This document shows, piece by piece, positions 32,188 to 41,572 of a stretch of DNA of 64,000 nt. Made by a program: the position numbers and the translations under genes. This DNA comes from an uncultured delta proteobacterium (GTDB taxonomy: Bacteria; Myxococcota; Myxococcia; Myxococcales; Anaeromyxobacteraceae): the NCBI GenBank assembly GCA_963828255.1, contig CAWHDZ010000026.1, positions 1-64,000 of the forward strand, in the 5' to 3' direction. Every line of letters begins with the position of its first letter. Positions within the stretch are counted from its first letter, which is position 1. The notes under the pieces were generated by a model. The model was not told where the DNA came from, searched no databases, and saw only the letters and a program-made list of their open reading frames with translations.

Positions 32188-32643
32188 CTATTCCTCTCCC
32201 CGGTCGTCGGCGACGGGATCGAACGGTTCCTCGCCGCGTTCACCGCGCTCGCCGAACTCGGGGCGCGGGCGCTCCTCCTCGACCGGCGCGACCACCACGT
32301 CGGCCTCGACCTGCCGCGCCTCGAGGTCGATGTCGTCGGCGACGCGGATCGACTCGAACTTGGTGACGACGTCGAGCATCTTGAGATTCCGCTCGAACTC
32401 GGCGACCAGGCCCGGCTTGCCCAGGTACAGGCAGTGAATGTAGAGCGCCTTCTGCAGCTTCGCGACCGGGAAGGCGGTCTTGCGACGCCCCTGGTTCGTG
32501 AAGCGGATCACCTTGCCACCCTCGCGGCTCACCACCGCGCGGAGGCGCTCCTTGATCTCTTCCACCTGCTCGTCCGGGGTCTCCGGCTTGATCAGGTAGG
32601 TGGTCTCGTACTCGCGAACGAGACGCTTCTGGATTTCGGCCAT
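32188..32643 (-). CDS. rpsF: 30S ribosomal protein S6
   Basis: [20 protein letters not shown]; position upstream of rpsR and rplI. Confidence 0.92.
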   Translation of the reverse strand: MAEIQKRLVREYETTYLIKPETPDEQVEEIKERLRAVVSREGGKVIRFTNQGRRKTAFPVAKLQKALYIHCLYLGKPGLVAEFERNLKMLDVVTKFESIRVADDIDLEARQVEADVVVAPVEEERPRPEFGERGERGEEPFDPVADDRGEE

Positions 32644-32651
32644 TCTTGAAA

Positions 32652-32695
32652 CTCCCCTCGGATTCGTGCAGCGGCGGTTCACCCGCCGCGAGGAG
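32652..32695 (-). promoter_or_regulatory. Putative S6:S18 autoregulatory leader RNA
   Basis: CTCCTCG can pair with the SD region CGAGGGGAG, enclosing hairpin GCGGCGG-GTGAA-CCGCCGC, with CCG just before the SD. Confidence 0.5.
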
Positions 32696-32738
32696 CCCGT
32701 GAAACCTGTCTCCCCGGAGCCCAATGCCCCGGGGCCAC

Positions 32739-33317
32739 TCACTCCGCCGGCGACTTCCGGCGGTTGAACTCGTTCATGGCCTTCGCGGCCCCATCCAGAA
32801 GCACCGACCTCGCCGCCGCCGCCCCCCGCTCCACCACGTCCACCACGTCGCGGTCCTCGGCGCGCGGGAAGCGCCCCAGGACCCAGTCGGCGGGGTCCAC
32901 CTGAACCGGCGGCCGCCCCACCCCCACGCGCACCCGGGCGTAGTCCGGGCTGCCCACGTGGGCGTTCACGCTCTTCAGGCCGTTGTGGCCTCCATGCCCG
33001 CCGCCCACCTTCACCTGCACCCGGAACGAATCGAGCTCCAGGTCGTCGTGCACCACCACCAGGTCGGCCGGCGGGAGCTTCCAGAACCGCATCGCGGCTC
33101 CGACCGCCTCGCCCGAGTGGTTCATGTACGTCTGCGGCTTCACGATCCAGAACCGCTCGCCGCCCGCCACCGCCTCCGCGACCTCCGCCCCGAACTTGCG
33201 AAGCGTGAAACTGGCCCCGGTCATCCGGGCCACCTCGTCGGCCACGAGGAATCCAACGTTGTGCCGGGTCCGAGCGTAGTCGGGACCGGGGTTGCCGAGG
33301 CCCACGAGCAGCTTCAA
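32739..33317 (-). CDS. pth: Peptidyl-tRNA hydrolase
   Basis: [35 protein letters not shown]. Confidence 0.97.
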   Translation of the reverse strand: MKLLVGLGNPGPDYARTRHNVGFLVADEVARMTGASFTLRKFGAEVAEAVAGGERFWIVKPQTYMNHSGEAVGAAMRFWKLPPADLVVVHDDLELDSFRVQVKVGGGHGGHNGLKSVNAHVGSPDYARVRVGVGRPPVQVDPADWVLGRFPRAEDRDVVDVVERGAAAARSVLLDGAAKAMNEFNRRKSPAE

Positions 33318-33326
33318 GCGTGGGCC

Positions 33327-34055
33327 CTACTTCTTGCCGCCGCCCTTTGCGTCGCCCGGCTTGCCCGGAGCCGGAGCAGCACCCGGTGCGGCGCCCGGAG
33401 CCGCGCCAGGGGCGGCTCCCGGAGCAGCGCCAGCGGCGGCGGCACCCTCGACGGCGCCCGCGACGGCGGTGGGAGCAGCGACCACCTCCTCCTTCTCGGG
33501 CACGGCGACGTAGGCGATGACGTAGTCGGTGGCGTACTTGATCTTCGCGCCCTGGGGCGACTTCAGCTCCGACACGTGGAGCGAGTGGCCGATCTTGATG
33601 GGGGTGACGTCGACCTCGATCTGCACCGGGATGCTCTCGGGCAGCGCCTCGACCGTGACCTCGTGGGTGGAGACGGAGAGGATGCCGCCGGCGGCGACGC
33701 CCTCGGCCCTGCCGGTGGTGACGACCGGGACCTTGACCAGCACGGGCTTGTCGAGGGCCACCTCGAGGAAGTCGGCGTGGAGGAGCCTGCGGCTGACCGG
33801 GTCGACCTGGTAGTCCTTGAAGAGGACCTTCTTCACGCCGCTCTCGAGCTGGAGCGTGATGAGGGTGTTCCGCTTGTGCGGGGTGGCGATCGCCTTCATC
33901 ACCGCGCCCGGGTCCACCGAGACCGGGGTGGGCTTGGCCTGGAGGCCGTAGACGACCGCGGGGATGAGGCCGCCCTGGCGCAGGCGGCGGGCCGGGCCCT
34001 TGCCGTTTCCGGTGCGGGACTGGGCGGCGAGGAGATTCTGGACGTTATCGGACAT
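33327..34055 (-). CDS. rplY: 50S ribosomal protein L25/Ctc with AAPG-repeat tail
   Basis: GKGPARRLR, IPAVVYG, HADF. Confidence 0.95.
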   Translation of the reverse strand: MSDNVQNLLAAQSRTGNGKGPARRLRQGGLIPAVVYGLQAKPTPVSVDPGAVMKAIATPHKRNTLITLQLESGVKKVLFKDYQVDPVSRRLLHADFLEVALDKPVLVKVPVVTTGRAEGVAAGGILSVSTHEVTVEALPESIPVQIEVDVTPIKIGHSLHVSELKSPQGAKIKYATDYVIAYVAVPEKEEVVAAPTAVAGAVEGAAAAGAAPGAAPGAAPGAAPGAAPAPGKPGDAKGGGKK

Positions 34056-34149
34056 TGATTCCTCCCAACGGACTCCGCGGCCGATCCGGCGCGCGAGGGG
34101 CTGGTGGTGGAAAATCCCCGGCCCTGGGTGAAGATGGATTGAGGGGCGG

Positions 34150-34178
34150 CTTTTAGCCGCAAACCCCGGTCCCGTCAA
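34150..34178 (-). promoter_or_regulatory. Putative sigma70 promoter for the rplY-pth-rpsF-rpsR-rplI genes
   Basis: TTGACG-N17-TAAAAG on the minus strand. Confidence 0.55.
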
Positions 34179-34188
34179 GGGGTTCGGA

Positions 34189-35142
34189 TCAGACGAAGAG
34201 GCTGGAGAGCGAGTCGGAGCTCTGGATCCGCCGGATCGCCTCGGCGAGGAGCCGGGCCGAGCTGACCTGCTGGATCTTGGGGCAGGCCTGGGCCTGGGGG
34301 GAGAGAGGGATGGAGTCGGTGACCACCACCGACTCGATGGGGCTCTTCGCGATGCGGTCCACCGCCGGCCCGGACAGGACCGCGTGGGTGGCGTAGGCGT
34401 AGACCTTGAGGGCGCCCTTCTCCTTGATGGCGGCGGCGGCCTGGGTGAGCGTCCCGGCCGTGTCGATCATGTCGTCGAGCAGGATGGCCACCTTGCCGGA
34501 GACGTCGCCGATGACGTTCATGATCTCGGCGACGTTGGCCTTGGTGCGCCGCTTGTCGACGATGCCCAGCGCGGCGCCCATGCGCTTCGAGTAGGCGCGG
34601 GCGCGCTCCACGCCGCCGGCGTCGGGCGAGACGATGATCAGGTTCTCGCTGTCGGTGAACTGCCGCTTCATGTGCTCGAGCATGATGGGCGCGGCGTAGA
34701 GGTGGTCGAAGGGGATGTTGAAGAACCCCTGGATCTGCCCGGCGTGCATGTCCATCGAGACCACGCGGGTGACGCCGGCCGCCTCGATGAGGTCGGCCAC
34801 GAGCTTGGCGGTGATGGGGACGCGCGGCGCCACCTTGCGGTCCTGCCGCGCGTATCCGTAGTAGGGGATGACCGCGCAGATGGAGCCGGCCGACGAGCGC
34901 TTGAGCGCGTCGGCCATGATGAGGAGCTCCATGAGATTGTGGTTGGCGTTGGGGCTCGTGGACTGGATGATGAAGGTGTCGGTGCCGCGGACGTTCTCGC
35001 CGATCTCGACCTGGATCTCGCCGTCGGAGAACGCGCCCACGCTGGCGGCGGAGAGCTCGCGTCCGAGGTTCTGCACGACCGCCTTGGCCAGCGCCGGGTT
35101 CGAGTTGCCGGCGAAGACCTTGTAGAAGTTCGGGTTGCCCAT
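34189..35142 (-). CDS. prs: Ribose-phosphate pyrophosphokinase
   Basis: [31 protein letters not shown]. Confidence 0.97.
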   Translation of the reverse strand: MGNPNFYKVFAGNSNPALAKAVVQNLGRELSAASVGAFSDGEIQVEIGENVRGTDTFIIQSTSPNANHNLMELLIMADALKRSSAGSICAVIPYYGYARQDRKVAPRVPITAKLVADLIEAAGVTRVVSMDMHAGQIQGFFNIPFDHLYAAPIMLEHMKRQFTDSENLIIVSPDAGGVERARAYSKRMGAALGIVDKRRTKANVAEIMNVIGDVSGKVAILLDDMIDTAGTLTQAAAAIKEKGALKVYAYATHAVLSGPAVDRIAKSPIESVVVTDSIPLSPQAQACPKIQQVSSARLLAEAIRRIQSSDSLSSLFV

Positions 35143-35172
35143 GAGGGGCGCTTTATACCGCGCCGGCGGCGA

Positions 35173-35469
35173 CTAGGCGATGCCGTCGGCGTCGGCCGGG
35201 TGGGTCGCCGGCCCGCGGGCCAGTTCCCGGTCGTACTCCGACAGGATGATCCGCTCCATCCGGTCCCGGGTCTCGGTGTTGAGCGGATGGGCGATGTCCT
35301 TGAAGGTCCCGTCCTTGCGCCGCTTGGCGGGCATGGCCACGAAGAGTCCGGTGGTCCCCTGGATGACCTTCAGCCCCCGCACCACGAAGCAGCGGTCGAG
35401 GGTGATGGTGACGTAGGCCTTCAGCTTGTCCTCGTCGACCGGGAAGATGCGGACCTCGGTGATCTCCAT
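35173..35469 (-). CDS. spoVG: SpoVG-family nucleic-acid-binding regulator
   Basis: MEITEVRI, LKAYVTIT, GLFVAMP, FKDIAHP. Confidence 0.95.
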   Translation of the reverse strand: MEITEVRIFPVDEDKLKAYVTITLDRCFVVRGLKVIQGTTGLFVAMPAKRRKDGTFKDIAHPLNTETRDRMERIILSEYDRELARGPATHPADADGIA

Positions 35470-36332
35470 GGTACGGCTCCCCGCATCCGCTCAAGCGAGC
35501 GCGCAACGATGACGTCCACTTCCCGGCCTTCGAGCCGACGTCCGGCGAGACCTCTCGCCGCGGCCCGAGCCGATCGGAGATCGGCGTATGATCCGACGAC
35601 CGTCGGCCCGCTTCCTGACATCATAGGCGTACTCCCACCCACCTCTTCAAGCCACCCCAGGAGCGTTCCGAGCGACGGGTGGCGTGCGACGCAGGGCGCC
35701 ATGAGGTCGTTCTCGGGGCGGCGGGACGACGCCCTGCCGCGCCGCGGCATACCGGCCCCGCGGTCCAGGTCGAGCCAGCGGTAGGCGTCCCCGGCCCGGA
35801 TCGCCAGGGCGGGATCGCGCGGGTAGAGGAGCACGAGGTGGAGGGGCGCCACGCGGGCCGGCCGGAGCCGCTCCCCGCGCCCTCCGGCCCAGGCAGGGCC
35901 GGAACCCAGGAAGAAGGGGACGTCCGAGCCGATCCCGAGGGCCACCTCGGCGAGCAACCCCCGGTCGCGGACCCGAAAGGCCCGGGCCAGGCAGCGAAGC
36001 GTGGCCGCCGCGTCGGCGCTCCCGCCCCCCAGCCCGGCGACGACCGGGATGCGCTTCCCGATGCGGATGTCGATCCGGTCACGGCGCCCCAGCCGCTCCC
36101 GCAACGCCGAGGCGGCGCGGGCGGCGAGGTTTTCCTCCCCGTCCAGGTCGGGGCGCCCGGGGCAGCGGCAGGTGACCGGGCCAGGGCGGCCCCCCACCGT
36201 GACGCGGACCTCGTCGGCGAGGTCGAGCGGCACGAAGAGGGTCGAGATCTCGTGGAAGCCGTCGGGGCGGGGCGGACCCACCCGCAGGACCAGGTTCACC
36301 TTGGCGTGGGCCGGGCAGCGGAGGCGGATCAC
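35421..36332 (-). CDS. ispE: 4-diphosphocytidyl-2-C-methyl-D-erythritol kinase
   Basis: AKVNL, KRIPVVAGLGGGSADAA, GSDVPFF, MSGSG. Confidence 0.95.
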   Translation of the reverse strand: MIRLRCPAHAKVNLVLRVGPPRPDGFHEISTLFVPLDLADEVRVTVGGRPGPVTCRCPGRPDLDGEENLAARAASALRERLGRRDRIDIRIGKRIPVVAGLGGGSADAAATLRCLARAFRVRDRGLLAEVALGIGSDVPFFLGSGPAWAGGRGERLRPARVAPLHLVLLYPRDPALAIRAGDAYRWLDLDRGAGMPRRGRASSRRPENDLMAPCVARHPSLGTLLGWLEEVGGSTPMMSGSGPTVVGSYADLRSARAAARGLAGRRLEGREVDVIVARSLERMRGAVPWRSPRSASSRSTRTS

Positions 36333-36435
36333 TCCCCGTTCCTAGCACGAGGAGGGCGCTTGCCGCCCCCGCGCCCGGGGGACTAGGCTGCCCGCCCATG
36401 CAAGGCCCCTACGTCGGCGTGGTGGAGGAGTAGCC

Positions 36436-37155
36436 GTGGCCGAGGAGAAGCGTCCCGCGCCGCGGCGCAGCCCGGTCCTGCCCCTGCTCCTCGCGGTGGG
36501 GCTCGCCGTCGCGGTGGCGTGGCTGCTCGCCGAGCGGAACGCCCGCCAGTGGTGGATCGTCCCGGAGGACGGGAAGGTGGTGGTGAAGAAGGGGGTCCTC
36601 TTCGTCACCGGGAAGACCGCCTTCCAGTCGGCCGACCCCGAGACCGCCCGGACCTACGCGCCGATCCCGGCGCCGCAGGGGGGCGCCGCGGCCGCCGAGA
36701 CCGCCTACGAGGACCGGGCCGAGCTCGACCAGGCGCTCTTCGAGCTCCTGGCCGGCTGGGCCAAGTCAGACATCCAGTCGCAGCAGATGGAGCGCATGGA
36801 GCGGGCGCGCGGCTACCTGGGGCGGGCCTCCCGCCTGGCAGGGCTCTCGCCCGCGCAGCGGGAGCAGTTGCGCGTCCTGCAGGCCGAGACCGCCTTCCAG
36901 GAGGCGGTCGAGCACCTGACGCAGGGAGCGAACGCGCTGCGGCGCGCCCTCGAGGGGCTCAAGCTCGCGGCCGAGGCCCGCGGTCCGGTGGCGGCCGAGG
37001 CGGCGGCGCTGGAGAAGGCGCTCGAGCCGGTGGCCGCCTCGACCGGGCAGCTCATGCTCGAGGCCAGCCGCTTCGCGGCCGAGCGCTACCTCCCGTCGCC
37101 CCGGGCCCCGGGCGTCCCCGGCGTGCCTGCGCCCACCGGCCCCGCGCCGCGCTGA
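36436..37155 (+). CDS. Hypothetical membrane-anchored helical protein
   Basis: N-terminal TM, GGAGG SD, good coding bias. Confidence 0.7.
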   Translation: MAEEKRPAPRRSPVLPLLLAVGLAVAVAWLLAERNARQWWIVPEDGKVVVKKGVLFVTGKTAFQSADPETARTYAPIPAPQGGAAAAETAYEDRAELDQALFELLAGWAKSDIQSQQMERMERARGYLGRASRLAGLSPAQREQLRVLQAETAFQEAVEHLTQGANALRRALEGLKLAAEARGPVAAEAAALEKALEPVAASTGQLMLEASRFAAERYLPSPRAPGVPGVPAPTGPAPR

Positions 37156-37170
37156 GGTATCGTGCCGACC

Positions 37171-39324
37171 ATGAAGCCGGTCCGGCTGGCCATCCTCTGG
37201 CACATGCACCAGCCGCTCTACCGGGAGCCGGCCACGGGCACCTACGTGCTCCCCTGGGTGCGGCTCCACGCCACCCGGGCCTACGCCGACATGGCCTGGA
37301 TCCTGGAGCGCCACCCCGGGGTCCGGGTGACGGTGAACTTCACGCCGGTCCTGCTCGACCAGCTCGAGGACTACGTGGCCGGCCGGGCCCGCGACGCCAT
37401 CCTGGAGATCTCGGCCCGCGACCCGGCCGACCTCTCCCCGGAGGAGCGCCGCCGGCTGCTCCACTCCTTCTTCATGGTGGACTGGGACCGCTCGGTGCGC
37501 CCGGTGCCGCGCTACCTCGAGCTGCTCGAGAAGCGCGGGCGCGACCTGGCCCGGGTGGACCTGGACGAGGTGGTGCCGGAATTCACTTTAGGTGAATATC
37601 GCGACCTCCAGGTCCACTTCAACCTGGCCTGGATGGGTTTCGGGGCGCTGGAGGACGACCCGGCGCTGCGCGAGCTCGCCCGGCGCGGCCGCGACTTCGA
37701 GGCCGCCGACGTGGAGCTGGTCCTGGAAGCCCAGCGCAGGGTGCTCGCCGGCGTCCTGCCGCGCTGGCGGGCGCTCCTCGAGCGTGGCCAGGTGGAGCTC
37801 TCCACCACGCCCCACCACCACCCCATCCTGCCGCTGGTCTGCGACAGCGACGCGGCCGCCCGGGCGCTCCCCGGAGTGGCCCTGCCGCCCCGCTTCGCCT
37901 GGCCGGACGACGCCCGGCGCCAGACCGCCGACGCGCTCGCGGGCCACGCCCGGCGCTTCGGCCGTCCCGCAGCCGGGATGTGGCCGGCGGAGGGGTCGGT
38001 CTCGCCCGAGGCCCTCGCGATCCTGGCCGGCGAGGGGGTGGCCTGGACCGCCTCCGACGAGGCGGTGCTGCTCCGGTCGCTTCCCCCGGGCAGCCCGCGG
38101 GCCCTCTCGCTCTACCGCCCGTGGCGCGCCGCCGCCGGCGACCGGGAGATCGCCATGCTCTTCCGGGACCGGGGGATCTCCGACCTGGTGGGGTTCAGCT
38201 ACGCCCGGCAGCCGGCCGACGTGGCCGCGGCCGATTTCACCAATCGTGTGGTGGAGGCCGGCGAGGCCTGGCGGCGCGACGGCGGCCGGGGGCCGGCCAC
38301 GGTGGGGGTCTTCCTCGACGGCGAGAACCCCTGGGAGCGCTACGTGCGTTCCGGCCATGACTTCCTCGAAGCGCTCTACCGCTCCCTCGGGACGGACCCC
38401 CGGGTGCAGACGGTGACCATGTCCGAGGCGGTGGCCGGTGCGGAGGGGCCGCCCATCGTCCGCATCCACTCGGGATCGTGGATCGAGGCCTCCTACCGCA
38501 TCTGGATCGGCCACCGGGAGGACCGGCTGGCCTGGACGGCGCTGGGGCGGGCCCGCGAGGCGGTGGAGAAGGCGAAGCTGGCGGGCGCGCCCGCCGACAA
38601 GGTCGAGCACGCCCTGCGCCACCTGATGGCCGCCGAGGGTTCCGACTGGTACTGGTGGTACGGGGAGGACTTCTCCACCGAGAACGCCGCCGAGTTCGAC
38701 GCCCTCTTCCGCGGCCACGTGCTGCGGGCCTGCGAGCTGCTCGACCTGGCGCCGCCGCAGGAGGTGCTGCAGCCCATCAAGCCCGCCGGGCGGGGCGCCC
38801 TGGAGGCCAAGGCGCTGCGCGAGCCGACGGCCCTGCTCCGTCCAATCATCGACGGGCGCGACCCGGACTTCTTCGAGTGGCATGGGGCCGGCCTGCACCG
38901 GCCCGGCCGCGGCCGCGGGTCGATGTTCGGCGGGGCCCCGACCTTCTCGGCCCTTTACTGGGGCTTCGACGAGGCGAACCTCTTCCTGCGGCTCGATCCC
39001 GACCCCGAGGCGCAGTCTCCAGACCGCGTCCGGGTGACCCTGCTCGGTCCGCTCGGCCCCTCACGCCTGGAGTTCCCGGTGGTGAAGGACGGCGTCCCGC
39101 GCCCCGTGCTGCGCAACGGCGACGAGGTCGGCCGGGCCGTCCTGCTCAAGGTCCTGGAGGTGGAGATCCCGTTCGCGCCGCTCGGCATCCTCCAGGGCGA
39201 CGAATTGGTGATGTCGGTCGAGGCGCTCTCGGGCGAGGTCGAGCTGGAGCGCATCCCCCGGTCCGGGTACCTGCCCCTCTCGGTGCCGGGCGCCGATTTC
39301 GAGCGGATCCACTGGCGCGTGTGA
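37171..39324 (+). CDS. Glycoside hydrolase family 57 (amylopullulanase-like)
   Basis: WHMHQP, HPILP, WPAEG, LDGENPW, AEGSDWYWW. Confidence 0.93.
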   Translation: MKPVRLAILWHMHQPLYREPATGTYVLPWVRLHATRAYADMAWILERHPGVRVTVNFTPVLLDQLEDYVAGRARDAILEISARDPADLSPEERRRLLHSFFMVDWDRSVRPVPRYLELLEKRGRDLARVDLDEVVPEFTLGEYRDLQVHFNLAWMGFGALEDDPALRELARRGRDFEAADVELVLEAQRRVLAGVLPRWRALLERGQVELSTTPHHHPILPLVCDSDAAARALPGVALPPRFAWPDDARRQTADALAGHARRFGRPAAGMWPAEGSVSPEALAILAGEGVAWTASDEAVLLRSLPPGSPRALSLYRPWRAAAGDREIAMLFRDRGISDLVGFSYARQPADVAAADFTNRVVEAGEAWRRDGGRGPATVGVFLDGENPWERYVRSGHDFLEALYRSLGTDPRVQTVTMSEAVAGAEGPPIVRIHSGSWIEASYRIWIGHREDRLAWTALGRAREAVEKAKLAGAPADKVEHALRHLMAAEGSDWYWWYGEDFSTENAAEFDALFRGHVLRACELLDLAPPQEVLQPIKPAGRGALEAKALREPTALLRPIIDGRDPDFFEWHGAGLHRPGRGRGSMFGGAPTFSALYWGFDEANLFLRLDPDPEAQSPDRVRVTLLGPLGPSRLEFPVVKDGVPRPVLRNGDEVGRAVLLKVLEVEIPFAPLGILQGDELVMSVEALSGEVELERIPRSGYLPLSVPGADFERIHWRV
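37581..37597. repeat. Best copy of the dispersed palindrome RTTCAC-N5-GTGAAY
   Basis: ATTCAC-TTTAG-GTGAAT; about 18 related copies in the window (see findings). Confidence 0.65.
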
Positions 39325-39355
39325 TCGGCCGGGACATCGGATAAGGTCCGCCACC

Positions 39356-40549
39356 GTGAAACGCCAGGCCTCTCTCGGCATCCTCTTCCTCGTGGTCTTC
39401 GTGGACCTGCTCGGGTTCGGGATGGTCATCCCGGTGATGCCGATCTACGCCGAGCACCTGGGCGCCTCGGAGGCCGCCACCGGCTGGCTCAGCACCGGCT
39501 ACTCCCTCATGCAGTTCGTCTTCGCGCCCATCTGGGGGCGCCTCTCCGACCGGGTGGGGAGGAGGCCGGTGCTTCTCGTCTCCATCGCCATGACCGCGCT
39601 GGCCTTCTTGCTCTACGGGGTGGCGGCCAGCTTCGCCGTGCTCCTCGTGTCGCGCCTCTTCGCCGGCGCCGCCACCGCCAACATCGCCATCGCCCAGGCC
39701 TACGTGGCCGACGTGACCACCCCGGAGGGACGGGCCAGGGGCATGGGCATGATCGGCGCAGCCTTCGGGCTGGGGTTCGTCTTCGGGCCGGCGGTGGGCG
39801 GGCTGCTCGCCGGGTACTCGCTGGCCGCACCGGGGCTCGCCGCCGCCGCGCTCTCGCTCGTCAACCTGGTGGCGGCCTTCTTCCTCCTCCCCGAGCCATC
39901 GCAGCACGTGGCGGCCACCCGGTCCCGCGGCCGGTTCGAGGCGCTCCTCGGCGAGCTCCGGAAGCCCGGGATCCGCCGGATCCTCTTCATCTACCTGGTC
40001 GTCACCCTCGCCTTCAGCGCCATGGAGGCCACCTACGCCTTCCTGGCCCAGCGCCGCTTCGGCCTCGGCGAGCGGCACGTGGGGTGGGTCTTCGCCTACA
40101 TCGGGGTGATCGTGGTGCTGGTGCAGGGAGGGCTCATCGGGCCGCTCACCCGGCGCTTCGGCGAGAAGCGGCTCCTCGTGGCCGGGTCCCTTCTCCAGGC
40201 CGTGGCGCTGGCCGCGCTGCCCTTCGCGAACGGCGTGTCCGGGTTGCTCCTCGCCAGTGCGCCGCTGGCCCTCGGGTCGGGGCTCTCGAGCCCCAGCATC
40301 ATGTCGATGCTCTCCCGGCTCAGCCGGGCCGAGGACCAGGGTGGCACGCTCGGCATCGGCCAGTCGGCGTCGGCGCTGGGGCGGATCATCGGCCCGCTTG
40401 CCGGGACGACCTCCTTCTCGGCCTGGCACGCCGCCCCCTACCTGGGGGGCGCCGCGCTCATGGTCATGGGCGCGGCCGTGGCCGCCACCGTCTCCGTGCC
40501 GAAGGGCGGCGATGGGCCCGCCCGGGGCGCGGTGACGCCCTCGTCATGA
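39356..40549 (+). CDS. MFS transporter (TetA/DHA1-like)
   Basis: GRLSDRVGRRPVL, GFVFGPAVGG, 12 TMs. Confidence 0.92.
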   Translation: MKRQASLGILFLVVFVDLLGFGMVIPVMPIYAEHLGASEAATGWLSTGYSLMQFVFAPIWGRLSDRVGRRPVLLVSIAMTALAFLLYGVAASFAVLLVSRLFAGAATANIAIAQAYVADVTTPEGRARGMGMIGAAFGLGFVFGPAVGGLLAGYSLAAPGLAAAALSLVNLVAAFFLLPEPSQHVAATRSRGRFEALLGELRKPGIRRILFIYLVVTLAFSAMEATYAFLAQRRFGLGERHVGWVFAYIGVIVVLVQGGLIGPLTRRFGEKRLLVAGSLLQAVALAALPFANGVSGLLLASAPLALGSGLSSPSIMSMLSRLSRAEDQGGTLGIGQSASALGRIIGPLAGTTSFSAWHAAPYLGGAALMVMGAAVAATVSVPKGGDGPARGAVTPSS

Positions 40550-40563
40550 GGTAGACTCCGCGC

Positions 40564-41559
40564 ATGCCCGAGCTGCGGAGGGACCCGATCGTCGGGCGCT
40601 GGGTGATCATCGCCACCGAGCGCGCGCGCCGCCCGAACCAGTTCCGCCGCGCGGAGGATCCGCCCGGAGGTCTCTGCCCCTTCTGCCCCGGCCACGAGGA
40701 CAAGACGCCCGCGGAGGTCTACGTGTCGGGACGCCCCGCCGTCCCGGCCAACACGACGGGCTGGAAGGTGCGCGTCGTTCCCAACCGCTACCCGGCCCTC
40801 ATGATCGAGGGAGACCTGGATCGCGAGGCGGTCGGCATCTACGACCAGATGAACGGCGTCGGGGCGCACGAGGTGGTGATCGAGACGCCCGACCACGCGC
40901 GCGACCTCTCCGAGCTCTCCGACGCCGAGGTCACCGAGGTCCTCTTCGCCTTCAAGGCCCGGGTCCTGGATCTCAAGAACGACCAGCGCTTCCGCTACAT
41001 CCTGATCTTCAAGAACCACGGCTCGGCGGCCGGGGCGACGCTGGAGCACACCCACAGCCAGCTCATCGCGCTGCCGGTGACGCCGCGGCAGGTGGCCGAC
41101 GAGATCGACGGCGCCAGGCGCCACCACGAGCACCGCGAGCGCTGCATCTACTGCGACATCGTCGGGCAGGAGCGCAAGGACCGGTCCCGGCTGGTGTTCG
41201 AGAACGAGGAGTTCGTGGTCTTCGAGCCCTGGGCGCCGCGCAGCCCCTTCGAGACCTGGATCGTGCCGCGCCGCCACGAGTCCAACTTCGAGGCCGAGCC
41301 CAAGGAGCGGCTGGCCTTCGCCGCCCAGGCGCTGCGGGTCACGCTCGCCAAGCTCATGACGGGGCTGGGGCGTCCGGCCTACAACTTCATGGTGCACTCG
41401 AACCCGCTCCGCGAACCCTCCACCGCCTCCTACCACTGGCACATCGAGGTGGTCCCCGCGCTCACCCAGGTGGCCGGCTTCGAGTGGGGCAGCGGCTTCC
41501 ACATCAACCCGGTCCCGCCCGAGGAGGCGGCCGATTTCCTCCGAAAGGTCGCCGTCTAG
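40564..41559 (+). CDS. galT: Galactose-1-phosphate uridylyltransferase family (HIT)
   Basis: CPFCPG, NRYP, GATLEHTHSQ, YHWH. Confidence 0.9.
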   Translation: MPELRRDPIVGRWVIIATERARRPNQFRRAEDPPGGLCPFCPGHEDKTPAEVYVSGRPAVPANTTGWKVRVVPNRYPALMIEGDLDREAVGIYDQMNGVGAHEVVIETPDHARDLSELSDAEVTEVLFAFKARVLDLKNDQRFRYILIFKNHGSAAGATLEHTHSQLIALPVTPRQVADEIDGARRHHEHRERCIYCDIVGQERKDRSRLVFENEEFVVFEPWAPRSPFETWIVPRRHESNFEAEPKERLAFAAQALRVTLAKLMTGLGRPAYNFMVHSNPLREPSTASYHWHIEVVPALTQVAGFEWGSGFHINPVPPEEAADFLRKVAV

Positions 41560-41572
41560 CCCGGCCCACCCC

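Noticed and set aside
33360..33450. Tandem repeat or CRISPR-like array
   Set aside because: It encodes the AAPG low-complexity tail of L25; no spacers or cas genes.
35143..35172. tRNA-Gln often found between ispE and prs
   Set aside because: Only 30 bp between spoVG and prs; no cloverleaf.
35421..35469. Possible frameshift causing the 49-bp ispE/spoVG overlap
   Set aside because: All IspE motifs are in one frame; the overlap only adds a short tail.
39356..40549. Acquired tetracycline resistance gene
   Set aside because: Generic DHA1 MFS embedded in a core operon with host-like codon usage; no adjacent tetR or mobile element.
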